Below, piece by piece: positions 11,641 through 25,126 of a stretch of DNA of 64,000 bases. Position numbers and translations under genes: made by a program. This DNA comes from an uncultured delta proteobacterium (GTDB taxonomy: Bacteria > Desulfobacterota > Desulfomonilia > UBA1062): positions 128,001 to 192,000 of the forward strand of contig CAWAUM010000007.1 of assembly GCA_963785235.1 (NCBI GenBank). The letters are read 5' to 3'. The notes under the pieces were generated by a model that saw only the letters and a program-made list of their open reading frames with translations, made no database searches and was not told the origin of the DNA. Positions within the stretch are counted from its first letter, which is position 1; each line of letters starts with the position of its first letter.

Positions 11641-13153
11641 ATGAGAAGAACATGCATGCTTAAAGCGGTCCTTGCGGCCGTGATGCTCGTCAGCCTTGCG
11701 CTGCCGGGCTTGGGCAGAGTCGCCCAAGATGAAGATGACCACGAAGATCCCGCCGGGCATCGAGTCGCCGGACAAGGTGGAAACCCGCCTCGGCACGCTG
11801 AAGTTCTTCGACGGGTTCCCGGACGAGGCCAGCGTCGAGAAGCTCTACGACAACCTGGACTTCCAGCGCGCCGTGCAGGCCTACCTGCTTGGGCTGGCGC
11901 CGGTGAGCCAGGTGGCGAATCGCAAGGGGATCCTCGAGGTGGGCCCGGCCAACACGACCGTGCCGATCTTCGAGACGATGATGAACGCACGGTCGATCTT
12001 CCTTACCCCGAACAACAACACGCCTTACACCTGGTTCTGGCTCGACCTGCATGGCGGCCCTCTGGTCCTCGAGGTTCCGCCGAAGGTCCTCGGGTTGATC
12101 GACGACATGTGGTATCACTTTGTCACCGATGTGGGCATGGTGGGGCCCGACAAGGGCGAGGGCGGCAAGTATCTGCTCCTTCCCCCCGGTTATAAAGGCG
12201 AGGTCCCGCAGGGCTACTTTGTCGTGCGGCCGGCGACGTTCAGTGTCTGGGCCGCGTGGCGCACATTTCTGGAGAACGGCGACCCGAAACCGGGCGTGGA
12301 CAGGGTGAAGAAGTTCACGAAGATCTACCCGCTGTCCCAGGCTGCCAATCCGCCGGCATTGAATTTCGTCAACGTTTCCGGCAGGGATTTCTGCACCGAT
12401 GCCCCGGCGGATTATCCTTTCTGGGAATATCTCAACCAGGTGGTTCAGGAGGAGCCGACCGAGTCGATCGACCCGGTTACACTGGGCTTTTATGCCTCCA
12501 TTGGAATCCAGAAGGGCAAGCCCTTCGCACCCGATGCCAGGATGAAGAAGATCCTGACCGAAGCCGCAGCCGTGGGCGACGCAACCGCACGTGCCATCAC
12601 GTTCCGGATGCGCTTCAAGGAGGCGTACTACTACCCGAACAGCGCGTGGCGCGGCGGGTTCATCGGCGGGTATAAGTTCGAGGACAACGGTGCGCTCATC
12701 CTCGATGCTTATTCATCCTTCTTCTTCTATGCCACCGGCGTAACACCGGCCATGGATTCGAAGATGGTCGGACAAGGGTCGCAATATATGGCGGCATTCG
12801 TCGACTCCAAGGGCAAGCCGCTCGATGGAGGCAAGAACTACAAGCTTCACCTGCCTCCCAATATCCCGGTCGCCAACTTCTGGTCGGTGATCCTCTACGA
12901 CAACCAGACCCGCTCGATGCTCCAGAACGACCAGCAGTGGCCGGCTGTCAGCAGCCAGACCAAAGGGCTCATGGTCAATCCGGACAGTTCGGTGGACGTC
13001 TATTTCGGACCGAAGCCTCCGAAAGGCAAGGAGAACAACTGGGTGCAGACCATCCCCGGCAAGGGCTGGAACACGCTCCTGCGCCTGTATGGCCCGCTCC
13101 AACCGTGGTTCGACAAGACCTGGCGGCCGGGTGAGATCGAGCTGGTGAAATAA
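11641..13153 (+). CDS. DUF1254/DUF1214 domain exported protein (frameshift in leader ~11710)
   Basis: TPNNNTPY, GPDKGEGGKYLLLPP, FWSVILYD, NWVQTIPGKGW, RLYGP motifs. Confidence 0.88.
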
Positions 13154-13267
13154 GGAAACAGTCAGTGTGAAGGAGGAGCAGCCCCGGCAAGGCTGTTCCT
13201 CCCCACAGATCGGTTCTCCGGATGGGAGAACGGTATCACCAAAGGAACGATTGAGAGATTGCTGTGA

Positions 13268-14181
13268 ATGTCTAAGAAGGAATTACAGATGGGTTCATGG
13301 TATTCGGCAAGGGTCGCATTCCTTGTATGCATGACCCTTGCACTGTTCTGGGGAACCCCGCAGTCAGCTTCGAAGTCAGGAGCGAATACATCCCGGCAGT
13401 GCAGGGAAGTGCACTGAGCGCAGAGCAGGTCCTTGCGGATCCCGGCATCCTCCACCAGCGTTTGAGGCTCAAGAACCCTGATTACAATGGCCAGGCTCAG
13501 TTTGCTTCAGACCCTGCACTGGGTCTGGTGGCCGACTTCACGGGCTCAAAGATATCGGACCTCTCGGGACTGGCCGGTATCCCATTCAATGCCCTGGACC
13601 TCAGGGGCCAGCCCGTCTCAGACCTGAAGCCGCTTAAAGGCATGCCGCTCAGGATCCTGGGCATTGAAGACACACGGGTGGCAGACCTGACGCCTGTAAA
13701 GGGCATGAAGCTGGAAAAGCTCTATCTGAACAACGCCCCCATCAGCGATCTGAGGCCGCTTAACGGCATGCCGCTCAAGGAGCTGATGCTGTCGGGCACA
13801 AAGGTGAAAGACCTCAAGCCCCTTCATGGCGCACCGTTGCAGGAGCTCTGGCTGAACAACACACCGGTGAGCGACATATCATCCCTTGCCGGGTGTCCGC
13901 TGATAAGCCTCACCCTGGAAGGGACAAAGGTGGATGACCTGAGGCCGCTTTCGAAGATGACAAGCCTGAAGCGGCTGCATATAGGCAACACACCGGTGAG
14001 CGACATCTCCCCCCTTAAGATGTTGAAGCTTGAGCGGCTGATCTTTACGCCAAAGAACATCCACAAGGGACTCTCTGTCGCACGGAACATGAAGACTCTT
14101 ATGGAGGTGGGCACCACGCTCGAAACGCGGATGCCTCCGGAACAGTTCTGGTCGCGCTATGACCGGAAGAAAGGGGAATGA
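13268..14181 (+). CDS. Leucine-rich-repeat protein (internalin-like ~22-aa repeats), probably exported; likely frameshift ~13390
   Basis: Repeats LxxLxLxxTxVSDLxPLxGxP; a leader MSKKELQ...FLVCMTLALFW lies in an upstream frame. Confidence 0.75.
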
Positions 14182-14184
14182 ATC

Positions 14185-14325
14185 ATGGCGGTAAAATCCA
14201 AAAGCGGCAAAGAAGAAAAGAAGCGGCTTGAGGCTACACGTACGGATAACGTTCCCTGGAGAAAGTGGGGGCACTACCTTTCTGAACGGCAGTGGGCAAC
14301 GCCCCTCAGCCGTTCCGGGCAATAG
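14185..14325 (+). pseudogene. Truncated duplicate of the 5' end of the downstream glucosidase
   Basis: Encodes ...[28 protein letters not shown], versus [28 protein letters not shown] at 15547. Confidence 0.85.
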
Positions 14326-14497
14326 TACAAGGTGAAATGAGGCAAGCGATATGTGGATGACCAGACTCGTCCCGAAAGTCTACCTGGCAGCCCTATGCAG
14401 GGTGCTGAACGGCTGTGTGGTCTTCGGACCGACCACCATCAACCGGAACCGGTCAGATTACACGGCCGAGGAAAACCACCATGGTGGTGGCGCTTGG

Positions 14498-15436
14498 ATG
14501 AGTACTCAAAAACGGATGCTTGCTCTGTTCATAGGGCTGCTTCCTGTGCTGCTCAGCGGGCTCGTGCTCCAGGCCGTGCAGGCCCAGGCCGGTGAAATCG
14601 AGCCAAGGTCCTATGTCAATACGCCGGTGGGGGTCAATTTCCTGATCGCCGGGTATGCCTATTCGGATGGCGGTCTGGCAACATCGGGTTCGTCACCGCT
14701 CAAGGACGCCAATCTCACGATGCATACCTTCATTCTGGCCTATGCCCGGTCATTGGACATCCTGGGCAGTTCAGGAAAGTTCGATGTCATCGTGCCCTAT
14801 TCCGACCTGTCGGGAAACGCGAAGGTTGCAGGTCAAAGGCGCGAACGTAACATCTCGGGATTAAACGATCCGCGCTTCCGGTTCTCGGTCAATTTTTATG
14901 GCGCTCCTGCGCTTTCAGTGCAGGAGTTTCCCACGTACCGGCAGGATTTGATTATCGGTGCAAGCGTCCAGGTTTCCGCGCCGCTCGGTCAGTATGACCC
15001 GCAAAAACTCGTGAACCTCGGAAATAACCGCTGGTTTGTCAAGCCCGACCTGGGCATCTCCAAAACCTGGGGTGATTTTACCCTTGAACTTTCCACAGGA
15101 GGGACGTTTTTCACGGAAAATGACGACTACTTCGGCGGCAATAAACTGAAACAGGACCCGGTTTCCACCACGCAGCTGCATGCTACGTACAGCTTTGACC
15201 AAGGTATCTGGGCTGCATTGAGCGGTACGTATGATTACGGCGGACGCACAACCGTAAACGGGGTGGAAAACGACGATCTGCAGCAAAATCTGCGCATGGG
15301 AGCCACTCTGGCAGCGTCCGTAAACCGTAACAATTCAATCAAACTCTACGCCAGCACAGGCGTGCATACCAGTATCGGGACTGATTACGATCTTTTCGGC
15401 ATTGTCTGGCAGTATCGCTGGGGTGGAGGATTATAG
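14498..15436 (+). CDS. Outer-membrane transporter-like protein (MetA-pathway phenol degradation/SphA-like family)
   Basis: Signal peptide; [13 protein letters not shown]; [19 protein letters not shown]; C-terminal WQYRW. Confidence 0.75.
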   Translation: MSTQKRMLALFIGLLPVLLSGLVLQAVQAQAGEIEPRSYVNTPVGVNFLIAGYAYSDGGLATSGSSPLKDANLTMHTFILAYARSLDILGSSGKFDVIVPYSDLSGNAKVAGQRRERNISGLNDPRFRFSVNFYGAPALSVQEFPTYRQDLIIGASVQVSAPLGQYDPQKLVNLGNNRWFVKPDLGISKTWGDFTLELSTGGTFFTENDDYFGGNKLKQDPVSTTQLHATYSFDQGIWAALSGTYDYGGRTTVNGVENDDLQQNLRMGATLAASVNRNNSIKLYASTGVHTSIGTDYDLFGIVWQYRWGGGL

Positions 15437-15546
15437 GTGCATTGGGTTTACGGAGGAAACCCAACAACCAACTGATGGTGGACGGCTTGCGTACAAGAAA
15501 TCCGTTGTCGGTGACGGAACAAAGACTGAAGCAGGGGAGGAATACC

Positions 15547-18295
15547 ATGAACTCTCACGAAGAAAAGAAACGGCTCGAGGCTGCGCGCACGGATAACGTT
15601 CCCTGGAGGAAGTGGGGGCCCTACCTGAGTGAGCGTCAGTGGGGCACGGTGCGGGAGGACTACAGCGTAGACGGCGACGCCTGGAATTTCTTCACCCACG
15701 ATCATGCCCGCTCGCGTGCCTACCGCTGGGGGGAGGACGGTATCGCCGGAATATCGGATGACAAGCAGCACCTCTGCTTCGCGCTCGCCCTGTGGAACGG
15801 CAAGGACCCCATCTTGAAGGAGCGGCTCTTCGGATTGACCAACAGCCAGGCCAACCACGGCGAGGATGTGAAGGAGTACTACTTCTACCTGGACAGCACA
15901 CCCACCCATTCCTATATGAAATATCTCTACAAGTACCCCCAGGCGGCTTATCCCTATGAAGATCTCGTCAGGACGAACGGACACAGGACTCGCGAAGAGA
16001 TGGAGTATGAACTCCTGGACACCGGCGTCTTCAATGACGACCGCTACTTCGACGTCTTCGTGGAGTACGCCAAAGATGGTGCCGAAGACATCCTCGTGCG
16101 GATCACGGCGGCCAACCGGGGACCGGAAGGCGGCAGATCTGCATCTCCTGCCCACCCTGTGGTTCAGGAACGACTGGTCAGAGTGGATTGCCGAGTCCAA
16201 CAGATCCCCCGAGAAACCAATCCTCAAGCAGGTCAAGGCACTGGGTGGAGCGAGTACGGTTGAGGCCATGCATCCGCTGCTGGGGAAATACACCCTTTCT
16301 TGTGAGGGCGAGGTTCCTCTCCTCTTCTGCGAGAACGAAACTAACCATGAGCGGCTTTTCCCCGGACAGAAGAACGAGAGCCCCTACGTCAAGGACGGCA
16401 TCAACAACTATGTGGTGCAGGGCAGGCTAGACGAGGTAAATCTTGGCAAGCAGGGCACCAAGGTTGCGGCGCACTACCATGTCAATGTCGGCGCGGGTAA
16501 GACCGCAGTGATCCGCTTGCGGCTCTCCAGCAGTGGTCCTGACCAGTTGGGCAAACCCTTTGGAAAGCAGTTTGATGAAGTCTTCGCTAACAGGCTTCGT
16601 GAAGCCGATGAGTTCTACAAGTCAGTCACCCCGCCGTCAGTGAGTGAAGACAAGGCAAACGTCATGCGCCAGGCCATCGCCGGCATGCTCTGGAGCAAAC
16701 AGTTCTTCTTCTTCGACGGCGACAACTGGCTGGACGAGCACAACTCCAACCCGCTTCATTCCGGATATCGCAACGCCCGGAACTCGGAGTGGTTCCACAT
16801 GCTCAACGAGGACATCATATCCATGCCCGACAAGTGGGAGTACCCCTGGTACGCGGCCTGGGACCTGGCCTTCCACACGCTGCCCATCTCCATCGTGGAC
16901 CCTGACTTTGCCAAGGAGCAGATAGAGCTCATGCTCAAAGGCGTCTACCTGCACCCGAGCGGACAGATGCCCGCCTACGAGTGGAACTTCAGCGACGTGA
17001 ACCCTCCGGTCCACGCCTGGGCCACGATCTTCCTGCACCGCACCGAACAGGCTCTGCACGGCGTAACGGATATTGATTTCCTCAAATCTGCCTTCAACAA
17101 GCTGCTGCTGAATTTCACCTGGTGGGTAAACCGCAAGGACCGCTTCGGCAAGAATGTCTTCGAGGGGGGCTTCCTGGGCCTGGACAACATCGGCGTGTTC
17201 GACCGCAGCTCTCCGCTCCCCACCGGCGGCCACCTGGAGCAGGCGGACGGCACGGCGTGGATGGCGCTGTTCAGCCAGAACATGCTGGAGCTCTCCTTCG
17301 AGCTCGCCGAATACGACCCCAGCTACCAGGACATGGTCGTGAAGTTCATGGAGCACTTTGCCTACATCGCCACCGCCATGAACCATCCCGGACCGGACGG
17401 CATGTGGGACGAGGAGGACGGATTCTACTATGACCTGCTGCGGCTCCCCGACGGCAGCGCCACGAGGCTCAAGGTGCGCTCCATGGTGGGGCTGCTGCCG
17501 CTGTGCGCCACCACGATCGTCGAAGCGAAGCAGCGGGAGCGCAACCCGCGTGCCCAGGAACAGCTCATGAAACGCATGCACCGCATGCCCGAGCTTATGA
17601 CTTCCATCCACCCCACGGGACCGGGCCATTTCGGTGTGGCTGAGCGGGGAATTCTGGCGCTCATCAACCCGGAGCGGCTGAGACGGATCCTCTCGAAGAT
17701 GCTCGACGAGAACGAGTTCTTGAGCCCCTACGGCATCCGTTCCCTCTCCAAATTCCACGAGCAGCACCCCTACCTCTTCCATGTACAGGGCCAGGAGTAC
17801 CGGGTGGACTATCTGCCTGCCGAGTCGAACACCGGCATGTTCGGCGGCAACTCCAACTGGAGGGGGCCGGTCTGGATGCCCGTGAATGCGCTGATCATCC
17901 GGGCACTGCTTAACTTCTACCTCTACTACGGCGACAACTTCAAAATCGAATGCCCCACTGGTTCAGGCAGGATGATGAATCTCTTCGAGGTGAGCAAGGA
18001 AATCGCCGAGAGGCTCACCCGGATATTCACCCGTGACGAACACGGCCGCAGGCCCGTCAACGGCGGCACCGAGAAGTTCCAGTCCGATCCCCACTGGCGC
18101 GATCATGTCCTCTTCTACGAATACTTCCACGGCGACAACGGCGCCGGTCTGGGCGCATCACACCAGACGGGGTGGACCGGGCTGGTGGCAAAGATCATTG
18201 AGCTGTACGGATATCTCGATCCCGTCAAGGCCCTTGCTGCAGGCAAGGAAGAGGCATTCAGGCGTGGAGGGTCTGCCGGCAAGTCTAAAAAATGA
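15547..18295 (+). CDS. GH63/MGH1-like glucosidase; frameshift ~16130
   Basis: [69 protein letters not shown]. Confidence 0.88.
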
Positions 18296-18327
18296 AGCTG
18301 GGAGCCTGCCGGAGAAGGAGCTGAAAC

Positions 18328-18520
18328 ATGAACGTGAAAACGGATCACCATTCTCATCTGTGCCCTTGCGGTGTCAGTGCTCATTGTCTGGCTTGACCTG
18401 CCCATTGAGTTTCCCGGGATAATTACCAAGGTGCTCATGCTTTTTGGGAAACTGTTCATCGTCTTAGCCGTGACGAGTTTTGCGTTTGTATTCGCAGGCT
18501 CTAAGAAAAAGCCATCATGA
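18328..18520 (+). CDS. Small two-TM membrane protein (frameshift near start)
   Basis: AAGGAG RBS; joined frames give ITILICALAVSVLIVW...LFIVLAVTSFAFVFAGSKKKPS. Confidence 0.4.
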
Positions 18521-18542
18521 ACGAAGGGGCTAAGGTGTCCTC

Positions 18543-19831
18543 ATGACGACCGAACACACGAATTCGACCAATAATAAAGAAAGCATTGCCCGGGCATCCA
18601 TGTGGTGGCAAAGCCCATGGGGCCGGTGTGCAACCTTGCCTGCGAGTACTGCTTCTACCTCGAGAAGAAGGCGCTGTTCGCCCCGGGCGAGAACTTCCGG
18701 ATGAGTGATGAAGTCCTTTCCGCCTTTGTCTCAGACTACATGGCATCCCAGCCCACGCCGGTGGTGGAATTCGTCTGGCAGGGCGGTGAGCCAACCCTTG
18801 CGGGGCTCGATTTCTTCAAGAAGGTCGTCAAGGAGCAGAAACCCTATGCAAAAGAAAAAACCATCAGGAATTCCCTGCAGACCAATGGCACGCTCCTCAC
18901 GGACGAATGGTGCGCCTTCCTGAAGAAGAACAACTTCATGGTGGGCATCAGCCTGGACGGCCCGCGGGAGATCCACGATACCTATCGTCACGACCGCTCG
19001 GGACACGGCACTTTCGACGACGTGATGCGCGGGCTGAAGCTGCTGCAGAAGCACAAGGTGGAATACAACGTGCTGGCCTGCGTTGCCCGGGAGACGGCCG
19101 GCCGGCCCCTGGATGTGTACAAATTTCTGAAAGACGAAGGGGTCGAGTTCATCCAGTTCACCCCGGTGATCGAGCGGCTTCCCGATGAAACGAGCATTGC
19201 CAGCGGGCTGCGCCTTGCCGGGCCTGCTGTCCTGGATAGGCAAGAAAAACAGGTGCAGGTCACCCCCTGGACCGTGGTGCCGGAGGAATACGCGGACTTT
19301 CTCATAGCAGTGTATGAAGACTGGGTCCGCCATGACGTGGGCAGGGTCTTTGTCATGAACTTCGAGTGGGCGCTGAACGCCTGGATGGGCAACCCCTCGC
19401 CCGTGTGCATCCATGCACAGCAGTGCGGCCGCGCCGTGGTGATGGAGCACAACGGTGATGTGTATGCCTGCGACCACTTTGTCTACCAGCCCTACCGGCT
19501 CGGGAACATCGCCGAGGATACGCTTGCGCACATGGTGGAGAAGTCGCTGAGCACCGGGTTCGGACGTATGAAGGAGACCGCTCTGCCGGCGTGGTGCAGG
19601 GACTGCCCGGTACTGAAGGCCTGCCGGGGAGGGTGCCCGAAGCACCGCTTCCGGAAGAGCCCCCCTGGCGAGCCGGGGCTCCATTACCTCTGCGAAGGGT
19701 ACAGGAAGTTCTTCCTCCACATCCGCAAGTATCTGAGAGCCATGGCCACGTTGCTGGAAAACGGCCTCCCGGCCTCACGCGTGATGGACGCCATAGATGC
19801 CCCGCTGCTGATACGGACGGGAGATAAGTGA
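18543..19831 (+). CDS. Anaerobic sulfatase-maturating enzyme (radical SAM/SPASM); frameshift near start
   Basis: KP.GPVCNLACEYCFY (CxxxCxxC), WQGGEP, QTNG, SLDG, YACDH, CxxCxxxxxCxGGCPKHR. Confidence 0.92.
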
Positions 19832-19933
19832 TGAGAGTCACAAACAAGGAGATAAACACAGGATGTCTTCAAAGGGCACGGGTTAAGAAGAATCGTATGG
19901 GCTGTTCAGATGAAATCATAACCGGGAGGTGTT

Positions 19934-21572
19934 ATGAATAAGGTCCTCATGGTGATGTGCATGGCTCTTCTCGTGCTCACAGGAATGTCGTATGCCCAGG
20001 AATCGGTTTCAAATACAGAGGCCAGGAGAGATATCGGCTCCCGGAGAACCTGTTACTCTCGGCAATAAAACCATCTTCACCCTCAAGGGTGTGCATGGCT
20101 ATTCCGCTCAGGAAAGGGCAAGGACAATCTCCGACAGAATCAAATCGATAGCAGAGAACCCCCATCATTGATGCGGCCTCCATAAAGACCATGGGGTATC
20201 AGCAACCCATGACGCTGGTCAATGCAGGTAATGAACTGCTCATGACCGTCTTTGAGGAGGATGCCCGGGCTCAAGGAATAAGCCAGCAGGACCTAGCCGC
20301 CCAGTGGAGCAAGGAATTACGGGCAGCCATTGAAGATTACCGGCAGGAACGCAGCCTGAAGTGGGTCATTTCAGGGACAGTCAAGGCTCTCATTGCAACG
20401 GTCATACTGATCCTGGCCCTTCTTGTCTTGTACAAAGGGTACAGCAAGCTGGGTGCGTTCCTGCAGGAATGGATGGGCAGGAAGAAGATTTCCATCCACA
20501 TCCAGTCATTTGAACTGGTCAAGGCAGAAAGGATCGGTGTATTCTTTTCCGGTATACTCAGGACTACCCGCCTCATTCTTGTTCTTGTCATAGTATATGC
20601 CTATGTCCATATTGTTCTGAGCTCTTTCCCCTGGACCGCGGGATATGCGAACCAGATTCTTCATTTTGTGATCAGGCCGTTTCAAGTCATCGGAGAGGCC
20701 ATCTGGGCGCAGGTGCCCAACCTGTTCTTTGCGGCAATCATCTTCCTGCTTGCCTTTTATATTACAAAACTGCTGCGCCTCTTTTTTGCTGAGATAGAGA
20801 AAGGTACCATCACCCTCCAAAAGTTTTTATCCTGAGTGGGCACAACCCACGTACAGGATTTGCCGTATTCTGATAGCCGTCATCGCTTTAGTAATGGCAT
20901 TCCCCTATATTCCCGGGTCCAACTCGCCCGCATTCAAGGGTATTTCCATCTTTTATAGGTGTCCTATTTTCCCTTGGCTCCACCTCCGCCATCTCAAATA
21001 TCCTGGCCGGATACTCACTCATATACCGAAGGGTCTTCAAGGTGGGAGACCGGGTGAAGATCGCCGACTTCATGGGTGATGTCGTGGAAATGAGGCTCCA
21101 GGTGACCCATCTGCGGACCATCAAGAACGAGGAGATCGTGGTGCCGAACTCCATGATCATCAACAGCCACGTGATCAACTACAGCACTCTGGCGAGCCAG
21201 AAGGGGCTTATCCTGCATACCAGCGTGACCATCGGCTATGATACGCCGTGGCGGCAGGTTCATGCCCTGCTCCTGATGGCAGCCGAAAAGACGCCCCGGT
21301 TGCTGCGTGATCCGGCGCCTTTTGTCCTCCAGACATCGCTCGATGATTTCTATGTTGCCTATGAATTGAATGTCTATTGCGACACGCCTCTGAAAATGGT
21401 GGAGATCTATTCCGACCTCCACAAAAACATCCAGGACGCATTCAACGAGTACGGCGTCCAGATCATGTCGCCCTCGTACCGGTTTGATCCCCACCAGCCG
21501 AAGGTCGTACCGAAAGATCAGTGGTATGCGGCCCCGGCAGAACCGCCTGATGCAGAGCATCGGAAGGATTAG
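19934..21572 (+). CDS. MscS-family mechanosensitive channel with periplasmic N-terminus; frameshifts
   Basis: TM helices; FKVGDRVKI, VVPNS, IGYDTPWRQV, FNEYGVQIMSP. Confidence 0.85.
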
Positions 21573-21611
21573 AATAACAGGTGTTCATTCCTCGCCAGAA
21601 GGAGAATATCC

Positions 21612-22968
21612 ATGATGTCATATTTTGACCGGAACAGGGGATTGGTCCTGCTGATGATCATTTGGGCCTTCATACTTGTGCCGTCTCACTAGCATATGGG
21701 CATGGACCGAGCATCCCCTTGTCATCCATGAAACCCTCGCGGCACTCCCCGAGGTCAGGGACGCAAAACCGGTGAAGGTGGAAAGCCTCGATGCATTCCT
21801 CATGGCCCAGGAAAAAGGCCTGGTTGCACTGCTTGCAGGCGAAGAAGACTGGGCGCGGAAGAACCTGGCATGGTACAGGCCCCTGCCCGAAGCCTTGGTT
21901 TTCAAGGCTACGGGCAACAAGGCCGACATCAAGGAGCGTTTCGCTCACGCCATAAGGATCAACCCCAATGCCAGGCTCGGTCTTTATCTCCAGTTCGTTC
22001 CCGGAGCTGATACCGGGGGGAAGCCGGGTATCACGCCTTCGAGCCTCACCTTTCTCAAAGATCTTTCCGAATGGAAATCAACCGCGTTTGCTGAGCTCAA
22101 GGCAGGGGAGATGGTAACGCCTCTCGATATCGTAACGACAGCCAGTGACGAACCTGACTTTGGCCTGGATATCGGTCTGTATGAAGACAATGGCACTGAT
22201 TTCGGGAAGATCTACAACTTCGGAAAACAGCCCTTCGGGAACCCCAACCTCGAATACAGCAGCCAGGCGCCGTTCCACATGGGGTATTACCACGAATCCT
22301 GGATCATCAGCGCCTTTGCAGGCTTTGTGAAGCAGACCTATCCGGAATACCGGATCCACCTGTACAGGTCACTTTCCGCATATGCCTTCCGTACCGGGCA
22401 TGATTACTGGGGCTGGCGATTCATGGGCATAGGCCTCCATTATGTCATGGACCTCAACCTGCCGTATCATACCACGCTCCTGCCCGGGGTGAGCACGTTG
22501 CGGATGCTCTGGATCAACTTCCTCGATCTCATAGGGTTTTCCCGGCCCATGGCTGATGCCATCCAGCTTGTATCCAACAGACACACCGCTATCGAGAAGT
22601 TCCAGCAGGTGGCCATGCAGGAGGCTTACCGGACAAAGAACCATGAATACCCGGTCTTTGTGGCGCTGAGGTCCGTGAAGCCCTGCCCCGCATGGAATGA
22701 CAGGACCCCGCGCCATGTCATTTCGGCTAAAAGCAACGCCCTTGCCGGCAAGGCGGACAGGGTCATGGAGCAGACCATGCCCCTGCACTGGGTTTCCGAC
22801 CCGACCTTTGAGCTCGGGACCAGTAAAGAACAGGACGAGATCATGGCCATGATGAAGCGCAACCATGGAGATGCGGGCATAACCAAGGCAACGGAGCTTC
22901 TGAAAGAGATGCTTGCGCCTTTGGGCCCCTACACCTGTTCGTATATCCGCGGCATTCTGGCGAGATAA
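21612..22968 (+). CDS. Exported zinc-dependent phospholipase C / S1-P1 nuclease-like protein (frameshift in leader)
   Basis: Mature start AW-TEH; DEPD; FH; GLHYVMDLNLPYH (HYxxDxxxPxH); RHTAIE (HxxxE). Confidence 0.6.
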
Positions 22969-22982
22969 GGGAGACGGATCGC

Positions 22983-23693
22983 ATGTGTCGAGGAGAAATA
23001 CAGTTATTGTGCTGGAGCCGGATCATCAGCGCTGTGTTCCTGGTCGGCTGCCTGGGCTGGACCCCGGCCCTGGCCGACGATGATTCGACAAAGGACTTAC
23101 ACCTCCAGGTCGTGCTGGGGGGCACCCAGTATTCCGATCTGAGCTTTGAACACCAGAGCACCACGGATCCTTCCGTGGAGGCGGATTCCGAGATCACCGT
23201 GATGCCCACGCTGGGCATATGCGGGGTCATGCCGCTCCTGAAGAAACCTTTCACCCTCGGGCTGGAAGGCGGGGTGTTGTTCGGATGGAGGAACGATAAT
23301 GTCACGGCTGTCGGACAAAACGGCACTCTGCGTGTACACTTTGACAATAAGCTCTATCTGTTGGATCTGTTTGTCGGGCCGTATGTGAGCGCAAACCTCG
23401 GGCAGCGAACGCGCATTTATTTAGGCGCCGGACCGCTCCTGATGGCCGGTCAGTATGATAAGCGCACCGACGAGCAGGTGAGCGGAAGCGAAACCATACG
23501 GGATGATAAGACATCCATGGTCTCCGGTGCCGGGTTATATGCCCGTACCGGGATCGAGTTCATGTTCGAAGACGGCTCCATGATGGGCCTGTGTGTACGC
23601 GGCTTCAAATCGAAACTGGATTTCGAGGATATACCGGAAGATACCGACGTGAAGGGTATCCAGTTCCTGATTACATTCAGCCCCATGCTCTAG
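22983..23693 (+). CDS. Small outer-membrane beta-barrel protein
   Basis: Signal peptide; IYLGAGP and GLYARTGIEF amphipathic strands. Confidence 0.6.
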   Translation: MCRGEIQLLCWSRIISAVFLVGCLGWTPALADDDSTKDLHLQVVLGGTQYSDLSFEHQSTTDPSVEADSEITVMPTLGICGVMPLLKKPFTLGLEGGVLFGWRNDNVTAVGQNGTLRVHFDNKLYLLDLFVGPYVSANLGQRTRIYLGAGPLLMAGQYDKRTDEQVSGSETIRDDKTSMVSGAGLYARTGIEFMFEDGSMMGLCVRGFKSKLDFEDIPEDTDVKGIQFLITFSPML

Positions 23694-23732
23694 TCCCATG
23701 GATTGGGCGTTGGTGAATTTGAATGAACCCAC

Positions 23733-25124
23733 GTGAAGGAGAAGACTGTGAAAAACAACTCAATCATCGCTTTGGTGCGTTCTGTTGCCTTGCTGGCGAT
23801 ACTCGGTGTGCTCGCCTGCGGCTGCGCCCACTGGCCGGCCACACCGCGGCTGGAGCAGGCCGGCGCGCCCGGCTACCGCCTCGCCGAGGTGACCCGCCCC
23901 GGCCAGTCCGACGAGCTGCTGGTGGTGCTGGCCATCTCCGGCGGCGGCATGCGGGCCGCGGCGCTGGGCTACGGCGTCCTGGAGGAGCTGCGCCGCACCG
24001 AGGTGACGGTGAACGGCGTGAAGCGCCGCCTCCTCGACGAGGTGGACGTGATCTCTGCGGTGTCAGGGGGCACGCTGCCCGCCACATACTTCGGCCTGCG
24101 CGGCGAGAAGACCTTCGATGAGTTCGAGGAGAAAGTGCTGTCGCGCAACCTCGAGCGCGAGCTGGCGCTGCGCATCCTGACCCCGACCAACTGGTTCCGG
24201 CTTCCATCGGCAACCTTCGGCAAGTCGGATCTCTTCGCCGAGCTCTACGACGAGACGGTGTTCAACCATGCCACCTTCGGCGACCTGCAGCAGGCTCAGG
24301 CGGGCCCTTTGTGATCATAAACGGCACCGATGTCACCACCGGCGCCCGGTTCAGCTTCACGCAGGACCAGTTCGACGCCATCTGCGGCGATCTCTCGAAG
24401 GTGACGCTGGGACGGGCCATTGCCACCTCGACGGCGCTGCCGCCGCTGCTCACGCCCATCACCTTTGAGAACTGCGGCGGGACCTGCGGCAGGAAGGCGC
24501 CGGCCTGGCAGGCCGCTGCCGAGGCCGCCATCGGCGAGTCCGAGACGCCGGGCCGCGCCCTGCTCCGCGCCCGTGCGCTGCAGTCCTACGAAAATCCGGC
24601 CCGCCCTTACATTCACCTCTTCGACGGCGGGCTCTCCGAGAATCTCGGCCTGACCGAGGTGCTCAGGGCCTTCGAGATCCTGAAGGTCGAGCCGGACGAG
24701 ACAGTGCTGCCTGCGCTCCGCAAGGCCCGCAAGGTGGTGGTCATCACCGTGAACGCGCTGCGCTTCCCCGAGGTGGACTGGGACCGCTCCCCCGAGCCGC
24801 CTGGCACCAGACACGCTGGTAGACCAGATGTGGTCGATCCCGGTGGACCGGATCTCGCTGGACACGGTGGAGCAGGTGCGCGATAAGCTGGCTGCCTGGC
24901 AGGCTGACGCTCCGGCCGGTGGCCCGAAGCGGAGCGGGTACCTGGCGCAGGTCACCTTCGATAACCTGAAGGACCCGGCCGAGCGGCTCTATTTCAAGCA
25001 GGTGAAGACCAGCTTGACGCTGCCCAAGGAGCAGGTGGACCGGCTGCGCGAGGTCGCCGGCAGGCTCCTGCGCGAGGCGCCCGCCTTCCAGAGGCTGCTC
25101 GCCGACCTGAATTCGGGGCGCTAG
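23733..25124 (+). CDS. Patatin-like phospholipase lipoprotein; frameshifts ~24295 and ~24805
   Basis: Lipobox ACGC; SGGGMRAAA, AVSGG, DGG motifs. Confidence 0.82.
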
Positions 25125-25126
25125 AT

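Noticed and set aside
13858-14006. Direct repeat AACACACCGGTGAGCGACAT in two copies
   Set aside because: Explained by the LRR protein's internal repeats.
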